Origin: Auanema rhodensis | Taxonomy: Eukaryota; Animalia; Nematoda | NCBI GenBank assembly: GCA_964057225.1 | Contig: OZ059897.1 | Location: 19,716,001 to 19,780,000 of the forward strand | Reading direction: 5' to 3' | DNA length: 64,000 nucleotides | Part shown: positions 53,501-64,000 of the stretch, one piece after another | Layout: each line of letters starts with the position of its first letter | How positions within the stretch are numbered: the first letter of the stretch is position 1 | Made by a program: the position numbers and the translations under genes | Notes under the pieces: model-generated | What the model saw: only the letters and a program-made list of their open reading frames with translations | Database searches by the model: none | Told to the model about the DNA's origin: nothing

Positions 53501-56500
53501 CAAAAATTAGTTATGATCGTTTGAAAAATGATGCATTAGTGTATGTTGAGTTTCCATGTACACTCAACATTGCTTCCAAAAACATTTTGACAAAACTTTT
53601 TTCGAAAAATTTCAAAATAATTTAGCAAAAAGTAGATGTTTTTAGATTCCATTTTTCAAGGCAAAGACGATAGACAATGTTATTCAACGAAAAAATTAAT
53701 TCTTCAGGGTGAAAATCGAGGATATAAGTGTGAACTTATATCAGTTGATATCTCGGTGCATTTTTAAGCTAGCGCAAATCTGATAACACAGATCGACGCA
53801 GCTTAAAAATCCGCATCGAATGCACTATACTACATTGAGAAACGCTTAATACAAAAATTAGTTATGATCGTTTGAAAAATGATGCATTAGTGTATGTTGA
53901 GTTTCCATGTACACTCAACATTGCTTCCAAACACATTTTGACAAAAATTTTTTCGAAAAATTTCAAAATAATTCAGCAAAAAGTAGATGTTTTTAGATTC
54001 CATTTTCCAAGGCAAAGACGATAGACAATGTTATTCAACGAAAAAATTAATTCTTCAGGGTGAAAATCGAGGATATAAGTGTGAACTTATATCAGTTGAT
54101 ATCTCGGTGCATTTTTAAGCTAGCGCAAATCTGATAACACAGATCGACGCAGCTTAAAAATCCGCATCGAATGCACTATACTACATTGAGAAACGCTTAA
54201 TACAAAAATTAGTTATGATCGTTTGAAAAATGATGCATTAGTGTATGTTGAGTTTCCATGTACACTCAACATTGCTTCCAAAAACATTTTGACAAAAATT
54301 TTTTCGAAAAATTTCAAAATAATTTAGCAAAAAGTAGATGTTTTTAGATTCCATTTTTCAAGGCAAAGACGATGGACAATGTTATTCAACGAAAAAATTA
54401 ATTCTTCAGGGTGAAAATCGAGGATATAAGTGTGAACTTATATCAGTTGATATCTCGGTGCATTTTTAAGCTAGCGCAAATCTGATAACACAGATCGACG
54501 CAGCTTAAAAATCCGCATCGAATGCACTATACTACATTGAGAAACGCTTAATACAAAAATTAGTTATGATCTTTTGAAAAATGATGCATTAGTGTATGTT
54601 GAGTTTCCATGTACACTCAACATTGCTTCCAAAAACATTTTGACAAAAATTTTTTCGAAAAATTTCAAAATAATTTAGCAAAAAGTAGATGTTTTTAGAT
54701 TCCATTTCTCAAGGCAAAGACGATAGACAATGTTATTCAACGAAAAAATTAATTCTTCAGGGTGAAAATCGAGGATATAAGTGTGAACTTATATCAGTTG
54801 ATATCTCGGTGCATTTTTAAGCTAGCGCAAATCTGATAACACAGATCGACGCAGCTTAAAAATCCGCATCGAATGCACTATACTACATGGAAGAACGCTT
54901 AATACAAAAATTAGTTATGATCGTTTGAAAAATGATGCATTAGTGTATGTTGAGTTTCCATGTACACTCAACATTGCTTCCAAAAACATTTTGACAAAAA
55001 TTTTTTCGAAAAATTTCAAAATAATTTAGCCAAAAGTAGATGTTTTTAGATTCCTTTTTTCAAGGCAAAGACGATGGACAATGTTATTCAACGAAAAAAT
55101 TAATTCTTCAGGGTGAAAATCGAGGATATAAGTGTAAACTTATATCAGTTGATATCTCGGTGCATTTTTAAGCTAGCGCAAATCTGATAACACAGATCGA
55201 CGCAGCTTAAAAATCCGCATCGAATGCACTATACTACATTGAGAAACGCTTAATACAAAAATTAGTTATGATCGTTTGAAAAATGATGCATTAGTGTATG
55301 TTGAGTTTCCATGTACACTCAACATTGCTTCCAAAAACATTTTGACAAAAATTTTTTCGAAAAATTTCAAAATAATTTAGCAAAAAGTAGATGTTTTTAG
55401 ATTCCTTTTTTCAAGGCAAAGACGATGGACAATGTTATTTAACGAAAAAATTAATTCTTCAGGGTGAAAATCGAGGATATAAGTGTAAACTTATATCAGT
55501 TGATATCTCGGTGCATTTTTAAGCTAGCGCAAATCTGATAACACAGATCGACGCAGCTTAAAAATCCGCATCGAATGCACTATACTACATGGAAGAACGC
55601 TTAATACAAAAATTAGTTATGATCGTTTGAAAAATGATGCATTAGTGTATGTTGAGTTTCCATGTACACTCAACATTGCTTCCAAAAACATTTTGACAAA
55701 AATTTTTTCGAAAAATTTCAAAATAATTTAGCAAAAAGTAGATGTTTTTAGATTCCTTTTTTCAAGGCAAAGACGATGGACAATGTTATTCAACGAAAAA
55801 ATTAATTCTTCAGGGTGAAAATCGAGGATATAAGTGTGAACTTATATCAGTTGATATCTCGGTACATTTTTAAGCTAGCGCAAATCTGATAACACAGATC
55901 GACGCAGCTTAAAAATCCGCATCGAATGCACTATACTACATTGGTAAACGCTTAATACAAAAATTAGTTATGATCGTTTGAAAAATGATGCATTAGTGTA
56001 TGTTGAGTTTCCATGTACACTCAACATTGCTTCCAAAAACATTTTGACAAAAATTTTTTCGAAAAATTTCAAAATAATTTAGCAAAAAGTAGATGTTTTT
56101 AGATTCCTTTTTTTAAGGCAAAGACGATGGACAATGTTATTCAACGAAAAAATTAATTCTTCAGGGTGAAAATCGAGGATATAAGTGTGAACTTATATCA
56201 GTTGATATCTCGGTACATTTTTAAGCTAGCGCAAATCTGATAACACAGATCGACGCAGCTTAAAAATCCGCATCGAATGCACTATACTACATGGAAAAAC
56301 GCTTAATACAAAAATTAGTTATGATCGTTTGAAAAATGATGCATTAGTGTATGTTGAGTTTCCATGTACACTCAACATTGCTTCCAAAAACATTTTGACA
56401 AAAATTTTTTCGAAAAATTTCAAAATAATTTAGCAAAAAGTAGATGTTTTTAGATTCCATTTCTCAAGGCAAAGACGATAGACAATGTTATTCAACGAAA

Positions 56501-59500
56501 AAATTAATTCTTCAGGGTGAAAATCGAGAATATAAGTGTGAACTTATATCAGTTGATATCTCGGTGCATTTTTAAGCTAGCGCAAATCTGATAACACAGA
56601 TCGACGCAGCTTAAAAATCCGCATCGAATGCACTATACTACATTGAGAAACGCTTAATACAAAAATTAGTTATGATCGTTTGAAAAATGATGCATTAGTG
56701 TATGTTGAGTTTCCATGTACACTCAACATTGCTTCCAAAAACATTTTGACAAAAATTTTTTCAAAAAATTTCAAAATAATTTAGCAAAAAGTAGATGTTT
56801 TTAGATTCCTTTTTTCAAAGCAAAGACGATGGACAATGTTGTTCAACGAAAAAATTATTTCTTCAGGGTGAAAATCGAGGATATAAGTGTGAACTTATAT
56901 CAGTTGATATCTCGGTGCATTTTTAAGCTAGCGCAAATCTGATAACACAGATCGACGCAGCTTAAAAATCCGCATCGAATGCACTATACTACATTGAGAA
57001 ACGCTTAATACAAAAATTAGTTATGATCGTTTGAAAAATGATGCATTAGTGTATGTTGAGTTTCCATGTACACTCAACATTGCTTCCAAAAACATTTTGA
57101 CAAAACTTTTTTCGAAAAATTTCAAAATAATTTAGCAAAAAGTAGATGTTTTTAGATTCCATTTTTCAAGGCAAAGACGATAGACAATGTTATTCAACGA
57201 AAAAATTAATTCTTCAGGGTGAAAATCGAGGATATAAGTGTGAACTTATATCAGTTGATATCTCGGTGCATTTTTAAGCTAGCGCAAATCTGATAACACA
57301 GATCGACGCAGCTTAAAAATCCGCATCGAATGCACTATATTACATTGAAAAACGCTTGATACAAAAATTAGTTATGATCTTTTGAAAAATGATGCATTAG
57401 TGTATGTTGAGTTTCCATGTACACTCAACATTGCTTCCAAAAACATTTTGACAAAAATTTTTTCGAAAAATTTCAAAATAATTTAGCAAAAAGTAGATGT
57501 TTTTAGATTCCATTTCTCAAGGCAAAGACGATAGACAATGTTATTCAACGAAAAAATTAATTCTTCAGGGTGAAAATCGAGGATATAAGTGTGAACTTAT
57601 ATCAGTTGATATCTCGGTGCATTTTTAAGCTAGCGCAAATCTGATAACACAGATCGACGCAGCTTAAAAATCCGCATCGAATGCACTATACTACATTGAG
57701 AAACGCTTAATACAAAAATTAGTTATGATCGTTTGAAAAATGATGCATTAGTGTATGTTGAGTTTCCATGTACACTCAACATTGCTTCCAAAAACATTTT
57801 GACAAAAATTTTTTCGAAAAATTTCAAAATAATTTAGCAAAAAGTAGATGTTTTTAGATTCCTTTTTTCAAAGCAAAGACGATGGACAATGTTGTTCAAC
57901 GAAAAAATTATTTCTTCAGGGTGAAAATCGAGGATATAAGTGTGAACTTATATCAGTTGATATCTCGGTGCATTTTTAAGCTAGCGCAAATCTGATAACA
58001 CAGATCGACGCAGCTTAAAAATCCGCATCGAATGCACTATACTACATTGAGAAACGCTTAATACAAAAATTAGTTATGATCGTTTGAAAAATGATGCATT
58101 AGTGTATGTTGAGTTTCCATGTACACTCAACATTGCTTCCAAAAACATTTTGACAAAACTTTTTTCGAAAAATTTCAAAATAATTTAGCAAAAAGTAGAT
58201 GTTTTTAGATTCCATTTTTCAAGGCAAAGACGATAGACAATGTTATTCAACGAAAAAATTAATTCTTCAGGGTGAAAATCGAGGATATAAGTGTGAACTT
58301 ATATCAGTTGATATCTCGGTGCATTTTTAAGCTAGCGCAAATCTGATAACACAGATCGACGCAGCTTAAAAATCCGCATCGAATGCACTATACTACATTG
58401 AGAAACGCTTAATACAAAAATTAGTTATGATCGTTTGAAAAATGATGCATTAGTGTATGTTGAGTTTCCATGTACACTCAACATTGCTTCCAAACACATT
58501 TTGACAAAAATTTTTTCGAAAAATTTCAAAATAATTCAGCAAAAAGTAGATGTTTTTAGATTCCATTTTCCAAGGCAAAGACGATAGACAATGTTATTCA
58601 ACGAAAAAATTAATTCTTCAGGGTGAAAATCGAGGATATAAGTGTGAACTTATATCAGTTGATATCTCGGTGCATTTTTAAGCTAGCGCAAATCTGATAA
58701 CACAGATCGACGCAGCTTAAAAATCCGCATCGAATGCACTATACTACATTGAGAAACGCTTAATACAAAAATTAGTTATGATCGTTTGAAAAATGATGCA
58801 TTAGTGTATGTTGAGTTTCCATGTACACTCAACATTGCTTCCAAAAACATTTTGACAAAAATTTTTTCGAAAAATTTCAAAATAATTTAGCAAAAAGTAG
58901 ATGTTTTTAGATTCCATTTTTCAAGGCAAAGACGATGGACAATGTTATTCAACGAAAAAATTAATTCTTCAGGGTGAAAATCGAGGATATAAGTGTGAAC
59001 TTATATCAGTTGATATCTCGGTGCATTTTTAAGCTAGCGCAAATCTGATAACACAGATCGACGCAGCTTAAAAATCCGCATCGAATGCACTATACTACAT
59101 TGAGAAACGCTTAATACAAAAATTAGTTATGATCGTTTGAAAAATGATGCATTAGTGTATGTTGAGTTTCCATGTACACTCAACATTGCTTCCAAAAACA
59201 TTTTGACAAAACTTTTTTCGAAAAATTTCAAAATAATTTAGCAAAAAGTAGATGTTTTTAGATTCCATTTTTCAAGGCAAAGACGATAGACAATGTTATT
59301 CAACGAAAAAATTAATTCTTCAGGGTGAAAATCGAGGATATAAGTGTGAACTTATATCAGTTGATATCTCGGTGCATTTTTAAGCTAGCGCAAATCTGAT
59401 AACACAGATCGACGCAGCTTAAAAATCCGCATCGAATGCACTATACTACATTGAGAAACGCTTAATACAAAAATTAGTTATGATCGTTTGAAAAATGATG

Positions 59501-60366
59501 CATTAGTGTATGTTGAGTTTCCATGTACACTCAACATTGCTTCCAAACACATTTTGACAAAAATTTTTTCGAAAAATTTCAAAATAATTCAGCAAAAAGT
59601 AGATGTTTTTAGATTCCATTTTCCAAGGCAAAGACGATAGACAATGTTATTCAACGAAAAAATTAATTCTTCAGGGTGAAAATCGAGGATATAAGTGTGA
59701 ACTTATATCAGTTGATATCTCGGTGCATTTTTAAGCTAGCGCAAATCTGATAACACAGATCGACGCAGCTTAAAAATCCGCATCGAATGCACTATACTAC
59801 ATTGAGAAACGCTTAATACAAAAATTAGTTATGATCGTTTGAAAAATGATGCATTAGTGTATGTTGAGTTTCCATGTACACTCAACATTGCTTCCAAAAA
59901 CATTTTGACAAAAATTTTTTCGAAAAATTTCAAAATAATTTAGCAAAAAGTAGATGTTTTTAGATTCCATTTTTCAAGGCAAAGACGATGGACAATGTTA
60001 TTCAACGAAAAAATTAATTCTTCAGGGTGAAAATCGAGGATATAAGTGTGAACTTATATCAGTTGATATCTCGGTGCATTTTTAAGCTAGCGCAAATCTG
60101 ATAACACAGATCGACGCAGCTTAAAAATCCGCATCGAATGCACTATACTACATTGAGAAACGCTTAATACAAAAATTAGTTATGATCTTTTGAAAAATGA
60201 TGCATTAGTGTATGTTGAGTTTCCATGTACACTCAACATTGCTTCCAAAAACATTTTGACAAAAATTTTTTCGAAAAATTTCAAAATAATTTAGCAAAAA
60301 GTAGATGTTTTTAGATTCCATTTCTCAAGGCAAAGACGATAGACAATGTTATTCAACGAAAAAATT
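50539..60366 (+). repeat. Duplication of a 12/13-monomer block (50539-54750 and 55804-60366)
   Basis: Shared ordered rare markers: GGTACATT+ATTGGTAAA+TTTTTTTAAGG, GGTACATT+ACATGGAAAAAC, GAGAATAT, ATATTAC, ending with a G173T+T309C monomer. The second copy is one monomer longer. Confidence 0.9.
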
Positions 60367-63300
60367 AATTCTTCAGGGTGAAAATCGAGGATATAAGTGT
60401 GAACTTATATCAGTTGATATCTCGGTGCATTTTTAAGCTAGCGCAAATCTGATAACACAGATCGACGCAGCTTAAAAATCCGCATCGAATGCACTATACT
60501 ACATTGAGAAACGCTTAATACAAAAATTAGTTATGATCGTTTGAAAAATGATGCATTAGTGTATGTTGAGTTTCCATGTACACTCAACATTGCTTCCAAA
60601 AACAATTTGACAAAAATTTTTTCGAAAAATTTCAAAATAATTTAGCAAAAAGTAGATGTTTTTAGATTCCTTTTTTCAAGGCAAAGACGATGGACAATGT
60701 TATTCAACGAAAAAATTATTTCTTCAGGGTGAAAATCGAGGATATAAGTGTGAACTTATATCAGTTGATATCTCGGTGCATTTTTAAGCTAGCGCAAATC
60801 TGATAACACAGATCGACGCAGCTTAAAAATCCGCATCGAATGCACTATACTACATTGAAAAACGCTTGATACAAAAATTAGTTATAATCTTTTGAAAAAT
60901 GATGCATTAGTGTATGTTGAGTTTCCATGTACACTCAACATTGCTTCCAAAAACATTTTGACAAAAATTTTTTCGAAAAATTTCAAAATAATTTAGCAAA
61001 AAGTAGATGTTTTTAGATTCCATTTCTCAAGGCAAAGACGATAGACAATGTTATTCAACGAAAAAATTAATTCTTCAGGGTGAAAATCGAGGATATAAGT
61101 GTGAACTTATATCAGTTGATATCTCGGTGCATTTTTACGCTAGCGCAGATCTGATAACACAGATCGACGCAGCTTAAAAATCCGCATCGAATGCACTATA
61201 CTACATTGAGAAACGCTTAATACAAAAATTAGTTATGATCGTTTGAAAAATGATGCATTAGTGTATGTTGAGTTTCCATGTACACTCAACATTGCTTCCA
61301 AAAACATTTTGACAAAAATTTTTTCGAAAAATTTCAAGATAATTTAGCAAAAAGTAGATGTTTTTAGATTCCTTTTTTCAAGGCAAAGACGATGGACAAT
61401 GTTATTCAACGAAAAAATTATTTCTTCAGGGTGAAAATCGAGGATATAAGTGTGAACTTATATCAGTTGATATCTCGGTGCATTTTTAAGCTAGCGCAAA
61501 TCTGATAGCACAGATCGACGCAGCTCAAAAATCCGGATCGAATGCACTATACTACATTAAGAAACGCTTGATACAAAAATTAGTTATGATCGTTTGAAAA
61601 ATGATGCATTAGTGTATGTTGAGTTTCCATGTACACTCAACATTGCTTCCAAAAACATTTTGACAAAAATTTTTTCGAAAAATTTCAAAATAATTTAGCA
61701 AAAAGTAGATGTTTTTAGATTTCATTTTTCAAGGCAAAGACGACAGACAATGTTATTCAACGAAAAAATTAATTCTTCAGGGTGAAAATCGAGGATATAA
61801 GTGTGAACTTATATCAGTTGATATCTCGGTGCATTTTTAAGCTAGCGCAAATCTGATAACACAGATCGACGCAGCTTAAAAATCCGCATCGAATGCACTA
61901 TACTACATTGAGAAACGCTTAGTACAAAAATTAGTTATGATCGTTTGAAAAATGATGCATTAGTGTATGTTGAGTTTCCATGTACACTCAACATTGCTTC
62001 CAAAAACATTTTGACAAAAATTTTTTCGAAAAATTTCAAAATAATTTAGCAAAAAGTAGATGTTTTTAGATTCCATTTTTCAAGGCAAAGACGATAGACA
62101 ATGTTATTCAACGAAAAAATTAATTCTTCAGGGTGAAAATCGAGGATATAAGTGTGAACTTATATCAGTTGATATCTCGGTGCATTTTTAAGCTAGCGCA
62201 AATCTGATAACACAGATCGACGCAGCTTAAAAATCCGCATCGAATGCACTATACTACATTGAGAAACGCTTAATACAAAAATTAGTTATGATCGTTTGAA
62301 AAATGATGCATTAGTGTATGTTGAGTTTCCATGTACACTCAACATTGCTTCCAAAAACATTTTGACAAAAATGTTTTCGAAAAATTTCAAAATAATTTAG
62401 CAAAAAGTAGATGTTTTTAGATTCCATTTTTCAAGGCAAAGACGATGGACAATGTTATTCAACGAAAAAATTAATTCTTCAGGGTGAAAATCGAGGATAT
62501 AAGTGTGAACTTATATCAGTTGATATCTCGGTGCATTTTTAAGCTAGCGCAAATCTGATAACACAGATCGACGCAGCTTAAAAATCCGCATCGAATGCAC
62601 TATACTACATTGAGAAACGCTTAATACAAAAATTAGTTATGATCGTTTGAAAAATGATGCATTAGTGTATGTTGAGTTTCCATGTACACTCAACATTGCT
62701 TCCAAAAACATTTTGACAAAAATGTTTTCGAAAAATTTCAAAATAATTTAGCAAAAAGTAGATGTTTTTAGATTCCATTTTTCAAGGCAAAGACGATGGA
62801 CAATGTTATTCAACGAAAAAATTAATTCTTCAGGGTGAAAATCGAGGATATAAGTGTGAACTTATATCAGTTGATATCTCGGTGCATTTTTAAGCTAGCG
62901 CAAATCTGATAACACAGATCGACGCAGCTTAAAAATCCGCATCGAATGCACTATACTACATTGAGAAACGCTTAATACAAAAATTAGTTATGATCGTTTG
63001 AAAAATGATGCATTAGTGTATGTTGAGTTTCCATGTACACTCAACATTGCTTCCAAAAACATTTTGACAAAAATTTTTTTGAAAAAATTCAAAATAATTT
63101 AGCAAAAAGTAGATGTTTTTAGATTCCTTTTTTCAAGGCAAAGACGATGGACAATGTTATTCAACGAAAAAATTATTTCTTCAGGGTGAAAATCGAGGAT
63201 ATAAGTGTGAACTTATATCAGTTGATATCTCGGTGCATTTTTAAGCTAGCGCAAATCTGATAACACAGATCGACGCAGCTTAAAAATCCGCATCGAATGC

Positions 63301-64000
63301 ACTATACTACATTGAAAAACGCTTGATACAAAAATTAGTTATGATCTTTTGAAAAATGATGCATTAGTGTATGTTGAGTTTCCATGTACACTCAACATTG
63401 CTTCCAAAAACATTTTGACAAAAATTTTTTCGAAAAATTTCAAAATAATTTAGCAAAAAGTAGATGTTTTTAGATTCCTTTTTTCAAGGCAAAGACGATG
63501 GACAATGTTATTCAACGAAAAAATTAATTCTTCAGGGTGAAAATCGAGGATATAAGTGTGAACTTATATCAGTTGATATCTCGGTGCATTTTTAAGCTAG
63601 CGCAAATCTGATAACACAGATCGACGCAGCTTAAAAATCCGCATCGAATGCACTATACTACATTGAAAAACGCTTGATACAAAAATTAGTTATGATCGTT
63701 TGAAAAATGATGCATTAGTGTATGTTGAGTTTCCATGTACACTCAACATTGCTTCCAAAAACATTTTGACAAAAATTTTTTTGAAAAAATTCAAAATAAT
63801 TTAGCAAAAAGTAGATGTTTTTAGATTCCTTTTTTCAAGGCAAAGACGATGGACAATGTTATTCAACGAAAAAATTAATTCTTCAGGGTGAAAATCGAGG
63901 ATATAAGTGTGAACTTATATCAGTTGATATCTCGGTGCATTTTTAAGCTAGCGCAAATCTGATAACACAGATCGACGCAGCTTAAAAATCCGCATCGAAT

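Larger units (their letters stand above)
1..64000. repeat. Tandem satellite DNA array, 351-bp AT-rich monomer, ~182.4 head-to-tail copies, continuing past both window edges
   Basis: The motif A(A/T)TTCTTCAGGGTGAAAATCGAGG recurs at 1, 351, 702, 1053, 1404 ... 23161 ... 63877. The distance 63877-23161 is exactly 116 x 351. Six 350-bp copies (starts 1, 3159, 9476, 10528, 15090, 20354) lack one A of the p156-160 run. No non-repeat sequence was seen. Confidence 0.99.

Noticed and set aside
1-64000. CRISPR array, or tandem rRNA/tRNA/5S/snRNA gene cluster
   Set aside because: There are no unique spacers (the entire 351-bp unit is repeated) and no cas genes. I could not recognise a tRNA cloverleaf, 5S, spliced-leader or snRNA motif. 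An Rfam cmscan of the monomer was not possible here.
1-64000. Coding tandem repeat (351 is a multiple of 3)
   Set aside because: The ORF track shows no long ORF in any of the six frames, and the 350-bp monomers shift the frame.
1-64000. Assignment to a named satellite family or species (e.g. ~350-360-bp insect satellites)
   Set aside because: Only length and AT content are similar; I do not recognise the sequence and cannot run a database search.
1-64000. Array is a collapsed or artificially replicated assembly artefact
   Set aside because: Monomers carry linked, position-dependent haplotypes and nested duplications, which fits real array evolution. Individual near-identical duplications still need read support.

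Overview
The whole 64-kb window is one uninterrupted head-to-tail satellite DNA array. It holds 182 complete monomers plus a 124-bp partial monomer, all in the same orientation, with no unique sequence, transposon insertion, inversion, RNA gene or credible protein-coding gene. The monomer is 351 bp; six copies, all before position 20,704, are 350 bp. It is about 31% GC by hand count and copies differ from consensus by roughly 0-2%. With monomers defined as starting at A(A/T)TTCTTCAGGG, M1=1, M2=351 and M67=23161; from there the period is a strict 351 bp up to M183=63877. Positions written pN are within the 351-bp monomer. Three levels of structure are visible. (1) The monomer is packed with short-spaced inverted repeats (four hairpins, one capped by a GNRA-type loop) and has a ~60-bp block that appears invariant. 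(2) Diagnostic SNPs reveal many local block duplications of 1, 3, 4, 7, 8, 9 and 12-13 monomers instead of one fixed higher-order repeat. (3) Variants are zoned along the array: one older haplotype family occurs on both flanks and a different set dominates the centre. This fits a young, actively homogenising eukaryotic (peri)centromeric-type satellite, but the species, family name and centromere function cannot be determined from sequence alone. The single 65-aa ORF is an artefact of one SNP that removes a stop codon. All variant calls were made by eye and should be confirmed by alignment.
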